IMG/VR virus record: IMGVR_UViG_3300022753_002012 | Direction: 5' to 3' (one strand) | From: an uncultured virus (IMG/VR IMGVR_UViG_3300022753_002012) | Lineage: Duplodnaviria; Heunggongvirae; Uroviricota; Caudoviricetes | DNA: 64,000 bases | Shown: positions 19,680 through 29,080 of the stretch, piece by piece | How positions within the stretch are numbered: position 1 is the first letter of the stretch | Layout of the letters: each line of letters starts with the position of its first letter | Notes under the pieces: model-generated | Databases searched by the model: none | What the model saw: only the letters and a program-made list of their open reading frames with translations | What the model was told of the DNA's origin: nothing | Position numbers and translations under genes: made by a program

Positions 19680-21506
19680 TCAACCGAGTAAGCTGAGCCT
19701 TGTGGTAGTGTCGATGAGGTCGCAGAAAAAAGTGGCGCGGACATCGACATCCTCGCCCGTAATATCTATGGATTTCGTTCCTCCGTAGTGAGCCTCGTTC
19801 CACAGCTTATCCGCTTCGGCATCGTCCGAGACACGAGTCCAAATAAACTGATTGTCATCGAGGGTGTCGGTGATATTCTCGTCCCAAGAAAAGACGGTAG
19901 CCGTAAGCGTAGTTTGTATATTGCCGTTTTTGAAGATGTTACCGTTGGAAGAGGAGATCACAAGCCGATACATTTTCTGCTCGTTAATCTCGTCAATGCG
20001 AATGTTCGTATCTTCGACCGATTCGGTTGTCGCATAGGCTTTCAGGACGACCTCGCCCGTTTCCAAGTTCCAATAGGAGGAGCCGTCTTGAGAAGAGAGC
20101 GTACCTGCTTTGATGATGTTTGCAATCAGCGTACCCGAGGTTATAAAATCCGCAACGATAGCACCATCGGAGGTGATTGCCGTTTCGTAGGGACCGTTGT
20201 AGCCATTTGAGGAGAAACCAAGCCCGCCTACGTTCCAACGCCATATATTCACGGCATCTTCAATCGTAGGCGCATCCATAACGAGAAGCTCATAAGGCTG
20301 ACCCGTTTCATCACCACGCAAAACAACATAACCGCCACGCTGACCCGTTATAAGCTCGGTTGCGTTCTGAATGGCAGAAGCCATAAGGCTCGGCAAGCGG
20401 TCAATCTTCGCAGCGGTGTTTTCTATGGATGCCTGCGTTTCCGAAATAGTGTCCGTAAGGCTTGAACGTACCGAACCGAGGGTGATCGAGGTATACTTTT
20501 CCGCAAGGGTGTCGTATACCGTCTTTACTACCTTTGCGGTTGCCGAAACACCGAGAAGCGTATGCTTGATGGTGACGCGGTCGCAGAGAGATACACGCTC
20601 AAGGATGGCAGCATATTCGGGTTGCTTCCATAGCGGCTCAAAGGAAATGGTCAAATTGGGTGTTTCCACGCCCAGGGGATTGTTTTCAAGATACTTCACG
20701 GCTTTCGCACGGAGAGCTTCTTCGGTGATGACCTCGTCCATCTCAAAGGAATCGGTGAAATCCCGAATCAGCGTTTTCGGCTGCACCAGGGTGGAGTCGG
20801 AGATGGAGAGAATTTGCTCGGTCAGCGTGATAACGGTTTCGTTGCCGTCCTCGTCCGTGTATACGGCATAGGGCAGCAAATCCGTATAAACATCGGAATT
20901 ATCGGTGTCCTCTTCAAGTTTGGTGAGGTTCTTGCCGTATTCGATAACCACACCCTTGTTCTCTCCGCGTCCTTGATGGTGAATAACCGTATAATTGTCC
21001 CATTCAAACTCGCCACCCCAAAGGCTGATCAGAGAGCCGGACGAACCGCCAAGCACCGCACGGAGGCTTTTCGGCTTTTCCACCGAGAAGTTCTTTGAGG
21101 TAACATAGTCGGTTTTGAAGGTAAAATTGTGCGGTGTGAGTGCCTTTTCAAAAGCCATATCAATGGCAAGTTGGGGCATAATGTCTTTGGCTTCAAAGGC
21201 AGGTGTCGCAATGGTAGTAAGGTCATAGGAGAGGTGCTGGGCATATACCTTTACAATGCCGTTTATTGGCTTTGTGATGCGGTAAATGCGGAAGACCTGG
21301 TCCTTGGATGTATCATTGGGCTTTGCCTTTACAAGACGTTCCTTGCGGATTTCGTTGTAAAATTGCCCTGAAATCGGATACTGAAAGGTGCATTCATAGG
21401 TGCTGTTGCGTTCTTCGGTTACCTCGCAGGAGATAATGTCCGAAAGAGCGCCGATACCGAAGGTCGCAAAATTTGTCGCATTGGCTTTGTAAAGAATCGG
21501 TATCAT
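19680..21506 (-). CDS. Tail spike/baseplate hub (Tal, prophage tail endopeptidase family)
   Basis: CEVTEERN, FRIYRI, AQHLSYDL, WGGEFEWDN, IEYGKNL, GLGFSSNGYNGPY. Confidence 0.85.
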   Translation of the reverse strand: MIPILYKANATNFATFGIGALSDIISCEVTEERNSTYECTFQYPISGQFYNEIRKERLVKAKPNDTSKDQVFRIYRITKPINGIVKVYAQHLSYDLTTIATPAFEAKDIMPQLAIDMAFEKALTPHNFTFKTDYVTSKNFSVEKPKSLRAVLGGSSGSLISLWGGEFEWDNYTVIHHQGRGENKGVVIEYGKNLTKLEEDTDNSDVYTDLLPYAVYTDEDGNETVITLTEQILSISDSTLVQPKTLIRDFTDSFEMDEVITEEALRAKAVKYLENNPLGVETPNLTISFEPLWKQPEYAAILERVSLCDRVTIKHTLLGVSATAKVVKTVYDTLAEKYTSITLGSVRSSLTDTISETQASIENTAAKIDRLPSLMASAIQNATELITGQRGGYVVLRGDETGQPYELLVMDAPTIEDAVNIWRWNVGGLGFSSNGYNGPYETAITSDGAIVADFITSGTLIANIIKAGTLSSQDGSSYWNLETGEVVLKAYATTESVEDTNIRIDEINEQKMYRLVISSSNGNIFKNGNIQTTLTATVFSWDENITDTLDDNQFIWTRVSDDAEADKLWNEAHYGGTKSIDITGEDVDVRATFFCDLIDTTTRLSLLG

Positions 21507-22234
21507 ATCGTCACCCACCTTGGCTTTATTTCAAGGCTTGTAATACCTCCATCAAAAGAAATGGTATTATTGCCGGGTGCGAGAACTGGGAAACCATCAC
21601 CGCTGACGGTGTCATTCTTAAGCTCGGTGTCGTGATAGAAGTTCATCAGCTCCGAGTCGCATTCGGTGTATCCGTTAAGGGTCTCAAATGCCCATACTGC
21701 GGTGCCTGCCGAAGATTGAATGATAAGGTTTCCCGTGCCTCTGCCGTTAACCTTGATGTACGGCTTGGCGGTGAAGGGATAAGGGTTGGACAGTACAAAG
21801 CCGGAGCTTGTGTATGCCGTAAGGCTCTGCCCGGTATTCAGATACCGATAGGGCTGAACGCTGAAGTTCACGGTGAAAACGCCGATCTTGTTCAGCTCGT
21901 CATCGATATCCAACTTGTTATTAAATACAGCCTTCCGAAAGAAAGCGGTGTCGTAGCTGTCCGAAAGCGTATGATAACGGTCAGGCTCGGTGTAAAGCCA
22001 AGCCTTGATTGCCGTTATCTTGCTTGAAAGCTCGGAGATGCTCTTTGCGGGTACAAAGCAAGTGTAGGACACGGCCCCGTTGGGAAAGCGTCCATTGGGA
22101 GTGATAAGATCTCCGTCTCTGCCGGGGATGGACTGAAATTTCAAATCGTATTTCGGTGCGGAGAAGATGTCCTTACCGCTGATACGAATGCCCATATCGG
22201 CGGAGCTGATACCGTTATAAATAAAATAATTCAC
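21503..22234 (-). CDS. Distal tail protein (Dit)
   Basis: FIYNGISS, IPGRDGDL, F.VQPYRY, FPVLAPGNN; follows tape measure. Confidence 0.85.
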   Translation of the reverse strand: MNYFIYNGISSADMGIRISGKDIFSAPKYDLKFQSIPGRDGDLITPNGRFPNGAVSYTCFVPAKSISELSSKITAIKAWLYTEPDRYHTLSDSYDTAFFRKAVFNNKLDIDDELNKIGVFTVNFSVQPYRYLNTGQSLTAYTSSGFVLSNPYPFTAKPYIKVNGRGTGNLIIQSSAGTAVWAFETLNGYTECDSELMNFYHDTELKNDTVSGDGFPVLAPGNNTISFDGGITSLEIKPRWVTI

Positions 22235-25200
22235 GCAAATACCACTCCTTTCCGTTTGGCAAACGCATCTGCCGTGACCATAATTTCTTGTGTGAGCGCG
22301 GAGATATCCTCGCTTGAATAGTTGTTGAAGTTTTCGATGTTCAGGTGGATAGCAAAGCCACCGCTTGCTGTAAGACCGTCTGCGAGGGCGCTGTGAGCGT
22401 TGACGTCGATATTGCTTGGGAGCGTAGTCGACAAGTCTGCCGACAGATCGTCAAATACAGAATTGAGGTCTTTTGCCATATGCGTTGCGGAGTCGATTGC
22501 CTCACCCGCGGTTTCATCAATACCGCCAGCCAAGCCCTCCATCATCATGTCACCAATCCACGCCATCTTTCGTGACGGGGAGTGAATGCCGAAAAAGTCG
22601 CAGATGCCGTCCCAAAGGTCGGATGCCCAGCCGGACACCTTATCCCAAATCCAAGAGGCAAGGCTCTGGATACCTTCCCACAGACCCTTAACGAGATTAG
22701 CACCAACGTCAACGAAGGAGCCAAGACCGTTAAGCAACGCATTCACCAACGAGGTGATGATTTGAGGCATAGCCTTAACCAACTCCCATATGATTTGAGG
22801 AAGGTTTGTAATAAGGGACATAAAAAGGTCAACGCCAGCTTCGATAAACTTGTCGATGCTTCCGAGAAGTCCGTCTATGATGCCGTTGATAAGATCTGGT
22901 AAACAACCGACAATGCTGATAATTATGCGAGGAAGCTCCGTAATCAGCGAGGTGAGAAGCGTAATACCGCACTCAATAATCATCGGTATCATACCGAGTA
23001 AGGTGTCGATAACGCTGACAATGATTTCGGGGATTGCCTGGACGATTGTAAATATAATCTCCGGCAACGCACCGATAAGGGACGTTATCAGCGTAATACC
23101 CGCGTCAATAATCAAAGGCACCGCACCAATAACGGCATTAAGGACACCTTCGATGATAACCGGGATGGCTTCCACAATTGTGATAACGATTTCGGGAAGT
23201 GCGCCAATCAGCGAGGTAATAAGATGCACGCCCGCTTCAATAAGAAGTGGGATGGCGTTCATAAGTGCCTCAAGGATGCCGTTGATTATCACGGGGATTG
23301 CGTTTACGATGGTTTCGATGATAGTCGGCAAAGCTCCGACGAGAGCCGTGATAAGGCTGATACCCGCATCGATTATCATCGGGATTGCACCGATCACCGC
23401 CGTAAGGATGTTGTCGATGATGACGGGTATCGCGGCGATAATCGTTTCAATAATGCTCGGAAGAGCCGCCACCAAGGAGGTGATGAGCTGTATTCCGGCA
23501 TCAATGATAAGAGGGATAGCGTTGATAACCGCTGTCAGAATTCCGTTGATAATCAAAGGAATCGCCGCCACAATGGTTTCGATGATCGTGGGTAATGCGC
23601 CGATGAGAGAGGTTATAAGCTGTACACCTGCCTCGATAATTTGAGGAATAGCCCCCATAATAAAATCGAGTAGGGATTGTATGAGTTGCGGGAGAGCTTC
23701 TATAAGAAGCGGAATTGCATCAAGGATGCCTTGTGCCAAAGCCAAAATCAGCTCAAGGGCGGCATCCAGGAACAGAGGTAAATTGTCAATAATGGTTTGC
23801 ACAATTTCCATAAGCACCTGAACGATGGTGGGGATCAACTTCGGGATTGCCTTGGTGATACCTTTTACCAACGTCAAAATGACCTCAAGTCCAGTCTTAA
23901 GAAGCGTGGGTAGGTTACTTAACAAGCCTTCTGCAAGACTTGACACAAGTAAAAGAGCGCCGTTTGCCACCTGGGGTAAGGCAGAAATCAAGGCGCTTAA
24001 TATTGTGAGGATAAGCTGTGAAGCCGAATCCACAATGATTGGGAGATTGTCCACAATGGCTTGACCGAGAGAGGTTACCATCGTAACAATCAAATCAAGA
24101 AGCATCGGCAGATGCTCCATAAAGACGTCTATCACCTTGGGGAGAATATCTCCAATGACATCCGCCATCTTTGAGAGGTCGCCTCCGGCAGCGTTTATGC
24201 CGTTGGTAAACTCTCCGAGAAGCCCAACACCATCCGAGGCAAGCTCGGTAAGGATCGGCAACAAAACCGTTCCCAGGGCGTTTTTCGCCGCCGTAGCGCC
24301 AACGGAGAGGTATTGGAGTTGGTCATCCAAGGCTCCGTATGCATTGAGTGCATCATCACCGAGAACGTATCCGGCTTCTTGTGCCTGCGCCCCAAGCTCT
24401 GCCATACGCTCCGCACCCGCTTCGATAAGAGGGTTAAGCTCTTGAGCCGACTTACCGAGGATTTGCATTGCGATGGCATCACGCTCGGTTTCGTTTTCCA
24501 TCTTACCGAGGGCATCGATGATTTCCCAATACACGGTATCGGAGTCTCGCATATTACCTTCGGCATCGTAAACGGAAACACCGAGCTTTGCATAGGCTTC
24601 GGACATTTCGTTCATTGCCGGGGCAACGGGCTGTGAGGCACTTGCCACATCTGCTTGTGCGGTGGCAAGGTTAATCTGTGCTTGTTCAAGGGCTATGGCT
24701 GCCTTTTTGACAGCCGCAGACCCTTCGGTGCTTTCGGCAAGGGCGGCGTTGTAGGTGTCTTGTGCAGAGGTCAGTTTGCTTTGCGCCTTTTGAAGAGCAA
24801 TGGCGGCTTTCTGGGCTTGTTCGGAGTCCGCACCATTCTTTTCAACGGCTGCGTTATAAGCAATTTGAGCCGTTTTCACACCATACATCGCATTCTCGAC
24901 AGAGGAGTAGGCTTTCTTTACGGCATCACCGCTTTTGGCAACCGCCTCGTCATAGGCAATCTGTGCCTTTTCAAGATTGAGGGATGCGGTTTCGGCTTTA
25001 GCCTCTGCCTTGGCGAGCTTCTCCATATCAACCGATGCTTCGCCTGCAACGTTGGCAACGGTGGACATCGATTTGATATTTTTTGCCATCGATTTCGTCA
25101 GCGTTTCGGTAGAGACGTCAACAAGCTCGGCGGCATACATATATTCTTGGAGCTTCCCGGTAGCGATACCGGTTACCGTGGATTCGGTGATAACTGAGTC

Positions 25201-25791
25201 TGCGTAAGCAGCACCCTCTGTTGCCATATCCACAAGTGCTTTTCCGGCAGCCACGGCGGCGGCAGATACAGCAGCGAAAGCGGCGGCAATGGTGGCGGCG
25301 GTGGCTTTACATACAGTACCGAGACCATCAAATTTGCCTCCGGCATCGTCTGCCTCTTTGCCCGCATCCTTGACCTCTTTACCCATATCGTCGGCTTCTT
25401 TGCCAGCCTCGTCCATACCTTCGCTTGCGTTATCAAGGGCAGAATTGTTGTCCTTGAGTTCACGCTCCATACCATTTAAGGCGGCTTCGGCATTGTTGAG
25501 CTGAATTTGCCATGCTTGGGTGCGTTTATCGTTTTCTCCAAACGACTCGGAAGCGTTTTTGAGAGCCGCACGGAGAACCTCAATTTTAGATTTTTGGGCT
25601 TCGATTTGTTTTCCCAGAACTTCATTCCGAGCCGTGAGAGCCTCGACAGATTGGTCGTTTTTACCGAACTGCGACTCCACGAGCTTCATTTCCGAACCGA
25701 GAACCTTGAAGGATTGGTTGATATCCGCCAGGGATTGCTTGAATTCCTTTTCGCCTTCAAGACCTATCTTTAGTCCGAACTTTTCTGACAT
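22231..25791 (-). CDS. Tape measure protein
   Basis: 1186 aa, GLKIGLEGEKEF N-terminus, ~40-aa amphipathic repeats, FFGIHSPSR. Confidence 0.93.
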   Translation of the reverse strand: MSEKFGLKIGLEGEKEFKQSLADINQSFKVLGSEMKLVESQFGKNDQSVEALTARNEVLGKQIEAQKSKIEVLRAALKNASESFGENDKRTQAWQIQLNNAEAALNGMERELKDNNSALDNASEGMDEAGKEADDMGKEVKDAGKEADDAGGKFDGLGTVCKATAATIAAAFAAVSAAAVAAGKALVDMATEGAAYADSVITESTVTGIATGKLQEYMYAAELVDVSTETLTKSMAKNIKSMSTVANVAGEASVDMEKLAKAEAKAETASLNLEKAQIAYDEAVAKSGDAVKKAYSSVENAMYGVKTAQIAYNAAVEKNGADSEQAQKAAIALQKAQSKLTSAQDTYNAALAESTEGSAAVKKAAIALEQAQINLATAQADVASASQPVAPAMNEMSEAYAKLGVSVYDAEGNMRDSDTVYWEIIDALGKMENETERDAIAMQILGKSAQELNPLIEAGAERMAELGAQAQEAGYVLGDDALNAYGALDDQLQYLSVGATAAKNALGTVLLPILTELASDGVGLLGEFTNGINAAGGDLSKMADVIGDILPKVIDVFMEHLPMLLDLIVTMVTSLGQAIVDNLPIIVDSASQLILTILSALISALPQVANGALLLVSSLAEGLLSNLPTLLKTGLEVILTLVKGITKAIPKLIPTIVQVLMEIVQTIIDNLPLFLDAALELILALAQGILDAIPLLIEALPQLIQSLLDFIMGAIPQIIEAGVQLITSLIGALPTIIETIVAAIPLIINGILTAVINAIPLIIDAGIQLITSLVAALPSIIETIIAAIPVIIDNILTAVIGAIPMIIDAGISLITALVGALPTIIETIVNAIPVIINGILEALMNAIPLLIEAGVHLITSLIGALPEIVITIVEAIPVIIEGVLNAVIGAVPLIIDAGITLITSLIGALPEIIFTIVQAIPEIIVSVIDTLLGMIPMIIECGITLLTSLITELPRIIISIVGCLPDLINGIIDGLLGSIDKFIEAGVDLFMSLITNLPQIIWELVKAMPQIITSLVNALLNGLGSFVDVGANLVKGLWEGIQSLASWIWDKVSGWASDLWDGICDFFGIHSPSRKMAWIGDMMMEGLAGGIDETAGEAIDSATHMAKDLNSVFDDLSADLSTTLPSNIDVNAHSALADGLTASGGFAIHLNIENFNNYSSEDISALTQEIMVTADAFAKRKGVVFA

Positions 25792-25838
25792 ATATCACCA
25801 CCTCCTTGAGAACGGATTTATAAATTTACAGAAAATTA

Positions 25839-25867
25839 TTGATTTTTGGACGAAATAGTGATATAAT
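25839..25867 (+). promoter_or_regulatory. Sigma-A promoter of antisense moron
   Basis: TTGATT-17-TATAAT with TG extension. Confidence 0.7.
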
Positions 25868-25869
25868 TA

Positions 25870-26178
25870 TTTGTGTTGTAGAAGTCCTTACTAAATACAA
25901 GCTCACTTATACTTTCAAAAAACGAGCATTTGAATGCGGTGACCGGGTGTTTTTGGTGTCTACAGCGACAAACGAGTAAACCGTGAAACTTATCAGCTCT
26001 TGCATATGCTCGTTATGAGTTGAGAAAATAGTTGCGTGTGACTTTTAGTAGTTCCCCTACGTTTCACAGCTTTACACCACAAAATTGAGCCATGGAGAAT
26101 ATCGATGGTTTTGTTTTGGTGCGTGTAAAGCAATAGAAATTGTATTTGCTACACGTGCCACAAGCGCGTGTATTTTTT
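25870..26178 (+). ncRNA. Putative structured leader/ncRNA with pseudoknot and terminator
   Basis: Complementary segments 25875-82/25959-66, 25921-29/26006-14, 25983-89/26061-67, 26069-77/26123-31; terminator 26150-26178. Confidence 0.55.
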
Positions 26179-26202
26179 GTTGGCTCGGAAAGGAGTATTG
26201 CT

Positions 26203-26424
26203 GTGAAGAAGGTATCTGGTAAGACGCATACCAAGGAGCAACTGAATAACTGGGCTAATCAAAATAACCCGAACAATAAAGCATATCGGGCGAACGCGAA
26301 TAACCACAGTAATCAGTTGAACCCCAAACACAAAACCCATCAACAAAGGCATAACGCTGATAGACGTTATCAAAAGATGGGCTATGTAGAATGGGCTCCT
26401 GATTATCCCGAATGGGATGATTAA
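26203..26424 (+). CDS. 73-aa Asn/Gln-rich repeat microprotein
   Basis: GAAAGGAG RBS, GTG start; NNWANQNNPNN / NNHSNQLNPKH. Confidence 0.7.
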   Translation: MKKVSGKTHTKEQLNNWANQNNPNNKAYRANANNHSNQLNPKHKTHQQRHNADRRYQKMGYVEWAPDYPEWDD

Positions 26425-26430
26425 CAATCG

Positions 26431-26461
26431 AGGCGAAGATGGGAAGCTGTCTTCGCCTTTT
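26431..26461 (+). terminator. Intrinsic terminator of moron
   Basis: AGGCGAAGA...TCTTCGCCT then T-run. Confidence 0.7.
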
Positions 26462-26669
26462 ATATTCCGTCGGGGATAATATCGTCTATGAAATGCTCCC
26501 GTTTCGGTTTGGATATGCCGGAAAATTGTTTGTGACATTCCCAAAGGTCGAGTAAGAGACCAAACGGCATAAGACCCACCTCATCAATGGTCAGATGAAG
26601 GTGGGCAATGCCATAATATATGAGCCGTGTGAACAGCTCTTCGTCACTTACTCGACCTCCGTGTTTTTT
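26460..26669 (-). CDS. Tail assembly chaperone -1 frameshift extension (gpGT-like)
   Basis: A-AAA-AAC slippery site at 26669-26663; -1 frame reads HGGRVSDEELFTRLIYYG..MPFGLLLDLWECHKQ..IIPDGI*. Confidence 0.8.
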   Translation of the reverse strand, partial: KKHGGRVSDEELFTRLIYYGIAHLHLTIDEVGLMPFGLLLDLWECHKQFSGISKPKREHFIDDIIPDGI

Positions 26670-27031
26670 GTGTCAGCCTCGCTCTCGACGTTACGCTGAG
26701 TACCCTTATACAGAGCCTCGGTGATGGCGGTCTTGTAAGATGCAAGGTCTGCGGGAACGGTGAGAATTTCCACGATCTCTTCGGTAAGGAGGTCGCGGGG
26801 GTTATCCTTGTTTTTGAGATTGTGGATGAGGATGGACTGATTTGCCAGAAGCGTAATCAGCCATACGATCTCACCGATAGCCATTTCAAAGTTCTCGTTC
26901 TTCATGAGCTTATCGCCAAGGTTCTCAAGACCGCCGTAGCGACCTGCGATTTCCTTGGTAGCCTTGGTGGTAAGAACAAGCTCGTAGTCCTCACCGCCGA
27001 TGGTAATGGTTGCGGTTCTATCCGTAATCAT
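26648..27031 (-). CDS. Tail assembly chaperone (gpG-like)
   Basis: Between major tail and tape measure; ends in slippery heptamer. Confidence 0.85.
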   Translation of the reverse strand: MITDRTATITIGGEDYELVLTTKATKEIAGRYGGLENLGDKLMKNENFEMAIGEIVWLITLLANQSILIHNLKNKDNPRDLLTEEIVEILTVPADLASYKTAITEALYKGTQRNVESEADTKNTEVE

Positions 27032-27045
27032 AGTGCGTTACCTCC

Positions 27046-27642
27046 TTATTCTGTAGCAGCCGTCGCAAAGGTCGGCTCGTAGACGTCGTTATACCAATTG
27101 GTAATAACGGTTGCGCTCACAGATGCATCACCCTCGGTGACCTCTGCCTTCCAGGGGTGCTTACCGCTTGCGTCGGGCTTGTTACGGCGCATAATGGTGC
27201 CCTCGATGGTGGGAGTGTTGAAGGTAATGCTGTCGCCCTTGGTCGCAAGAGCAGTAGCGGGGATGCCGAACTTGACACGATAGAGCCAGAAGTATTTGTA
27301 CTTGCCATTGGCTTTCTTTGCACGGAAGCCGATAGCAACGGGAGTGCCACCGTCCTCGGTAGAAGCAATGACCACGCCGTTTTTATCGATGGTCGCACCC
27401 GTGAGATCGGAAGCCACGGTGGCTCCAAGCTCGTCAATGCCGAGGGAGAGAGTGCCACTCTTAAACTCCTTCACGATTTCGGCAGCTCCGTCATCGGCAT
27501 ACAGCGTTGCCTCTGCAAGCTCAACCGAAAGGTCGGCGGTCATTGCCTTTGCCAGGGATGTAGGCTTTGCATAGGTTTCAATGCCGTCTGCATCCTCGGT
27601 GATTTTGGCATAAAAAAGTTTATCAAGACCAATTGTAGCCAT
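27046..27642 (-). CDS. Major tail protein (phi13-like)
   Basis: IGLDKLFYA, LYADDG, VAIGFR, WLYRVKF. Confidence 0.9.
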   Translation of the reverse strand: MATIGLDKLFYAKITEDADGIETYAKPTSLAKAMTADLSVELAEATLYADDGAAEIVKEFKSGTLSLGIDELGATVASDLTGATIDKNGVVIASTEDGGTPVAIGFRAKKANGKYKYFWLYRVKFGIPATALATKGDSITFNTPTIEGTIMRRNKPDASGKHPWKAEVTEGDASVSATVITNWYNDVYEPTFATAATE

Positions 27643-27645
27643 AGA

Positions 27646-27990
27646 TTATTTTTCCTCCATTTCGTAATGATTGGCTACGTCCACAACATAGTGGTGATAG
27701 CCTGTTTCGGTTTCGTAACCGATGTATTGTCTGTTCGTAATGGTCATATCCGCACCGAACAGCGCACGGATAATTCTGTTTTTATCGGCACCGTAGTTGC
27801 CCTTACAATAAAGGGAGATACGCGCCTCTTGAACATCGTAAACGGGAGCGTTGTCGGCATTCAAATCAAAGGTGTCAGTCAGCGGTACGATTACGATGTA
27901 TTTGTCGGGGGCCGTATCTCCGAACACGCCCGTTTCAAGGGGAATGTTCAAAGGCGTAAGTGCCGTATTGAGATCTGCCAGAATGCTCAT
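27646..27990 (-). CDS. Tail completion/terminator protein
   Basis: Position and size in neck operon; YETETGYHH. Confidence 0.7.
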   Translation of the reverse strand: MSILADLNTALTPLNIPLETGVFGDTAPDKYIVIVPLTDTFDLNADNAPVYDVQEARISLYCKGNYGADKNRIIRALFGADMTITNRQYIGYETETGYHHYVVDVANHYEMEEK

Positions 27991-28418
27991 AGCTTGTTTA
28001 CCTCCTCCTCAAATTTCCGCATCATAGCCGCTTCACACGCCTTTTTCGATGCTGATTTCGCAGGCTTCAAAAAGGGCTTTGCGGGTTGTCCGTGCCGTCC
28101 GTATTCCAGGATATTGGCGATTTTTGCGTTGCTGTCGCCATCGGAACGAGGTTCTGCAAAGCCAATCTTGATGTTATAGTTGCCGTCTCTGTCTACCTTG
28201 GGCGGTGTCATACCGAGGGAGCGTTCAAGCTCACCCGTGGAACGAGATGCGACCTTTGTGTTCTTGCCTACGACAGCGGCGAGGTTACTTTTAACTTTTG
28301 CAAGGACTACCTCGCCACCTGCTTCAAGCACACGCTCGGCAATTTCGTCTGTCTTTTCACCGAGGGTGGAGAGTCGTTTGAGGAATTCCTCCGGCATTTG
28401 GATTTGTGCTTTAGCCAT
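27987..28418 (-). CDS. HK97 gp10-like neck protein
   Basis: TGEL..S, LEYG, QPAKPFLKPA. Confidence 0.85.
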   Translation of the reverse strand: MAKAQIQMPEEFLKRLSTLGEKTDEIAERVLEAGGEVVLAKVKSNLAAVVGKNTKVASRSTGELERSLGMTPPKVDRDGNYNIKIGFAEPRSDGDSNAKIANILEYGRHGQPAKPFLKPAKSASKKACEAAMMRKFEEEVNKL

Positions 28419-28746
28419 TGGTAGCCACCACCTTTTTTGCTAAAACTTCTATATACATACCTCGACCTTTAACGTCCTCAACGGATATGATGTCGAATTT
28501 TTCACCACCTGAGTAGAGGATGTAGTCGGGGGTTATCGTGATACCGGGGATGATGCGAAATCGAAATAAATCGGTAGCCTCGGAGAAAGAGGCAAGGTTA
28601 GCCCAACGCTGTGAGCCGTGCCGTCCTTCACGATATGCTCGTACCGAAGCTACGCCCTCGTATACGGAGGTTGCGAAGCCTTCAGCATCTTTGACCTTGC
28701 GGAATATTCCGATTTCTATAAATGCATTCATTTTTCCAAAGCTCAT
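28411..28746 (-). CDS. Head-tail adaptor (head closure)
   Basis: Position; KDAEGF, FRFR, FDIISVED. Confidence 0.8.
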   Translation of the reverse strand: MSFGKMNAFIEIGIFRKVKDAEGFATSVYEGVASVRAYREGRHGSQRWANLASFSEATDLFRFRIIPGITITPDYILYSGGEKFDIISVEDVKGRGMYIEVLAKKVVATNG

Positions 28747-28748
28747 AC

Positions 28749-29069
28749 TCACACCTTCCAATCTCGATCAAGACGGAGAAGCAGATTGACCGTGTTCCAT
28801 ACTTGCGTTGCTGCTTGCGGGTTATCCGCAAAGAAACCGCCTGTACTTCCGTCACGTGACTCATAGAAATGAGAGGCAAGCATAATCACAGCTTGTTCGG
28901 TCGTGGCGGGCATAGCGGTTTCATTGTAAGTTCCGGCTTTGATGTGCTGATAGCTTTCTGCATACGCTACGGCGGCGGTGATGTAGCTTTGCAAAAGAGC
29001 ATCGTCAGCCGAGTGTTCCAGAATAAGGTTCTGTTTAACCTTAAGAAGCAAATCTTCCATCACCGTCAC
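28749..29069 (-). CDS. Head-tail connector (gp6-like)
   Basis: VKQNL..DDALL..YI.AA..Y, AVIMLASHFYESR. Confidence 0.88.
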   Translation of the reverse strand: MTVMEDLLLKVKQNLILEHSADDALLQSYITAAVAYAESYQHIKAGTYNETAMPATTEQAVIMLASHFYESRDGSTGGFFADNPQAATQVWNTVNLLLRLDRDWKV

Positions 29070-29080
29070 CTCCCATTAGG

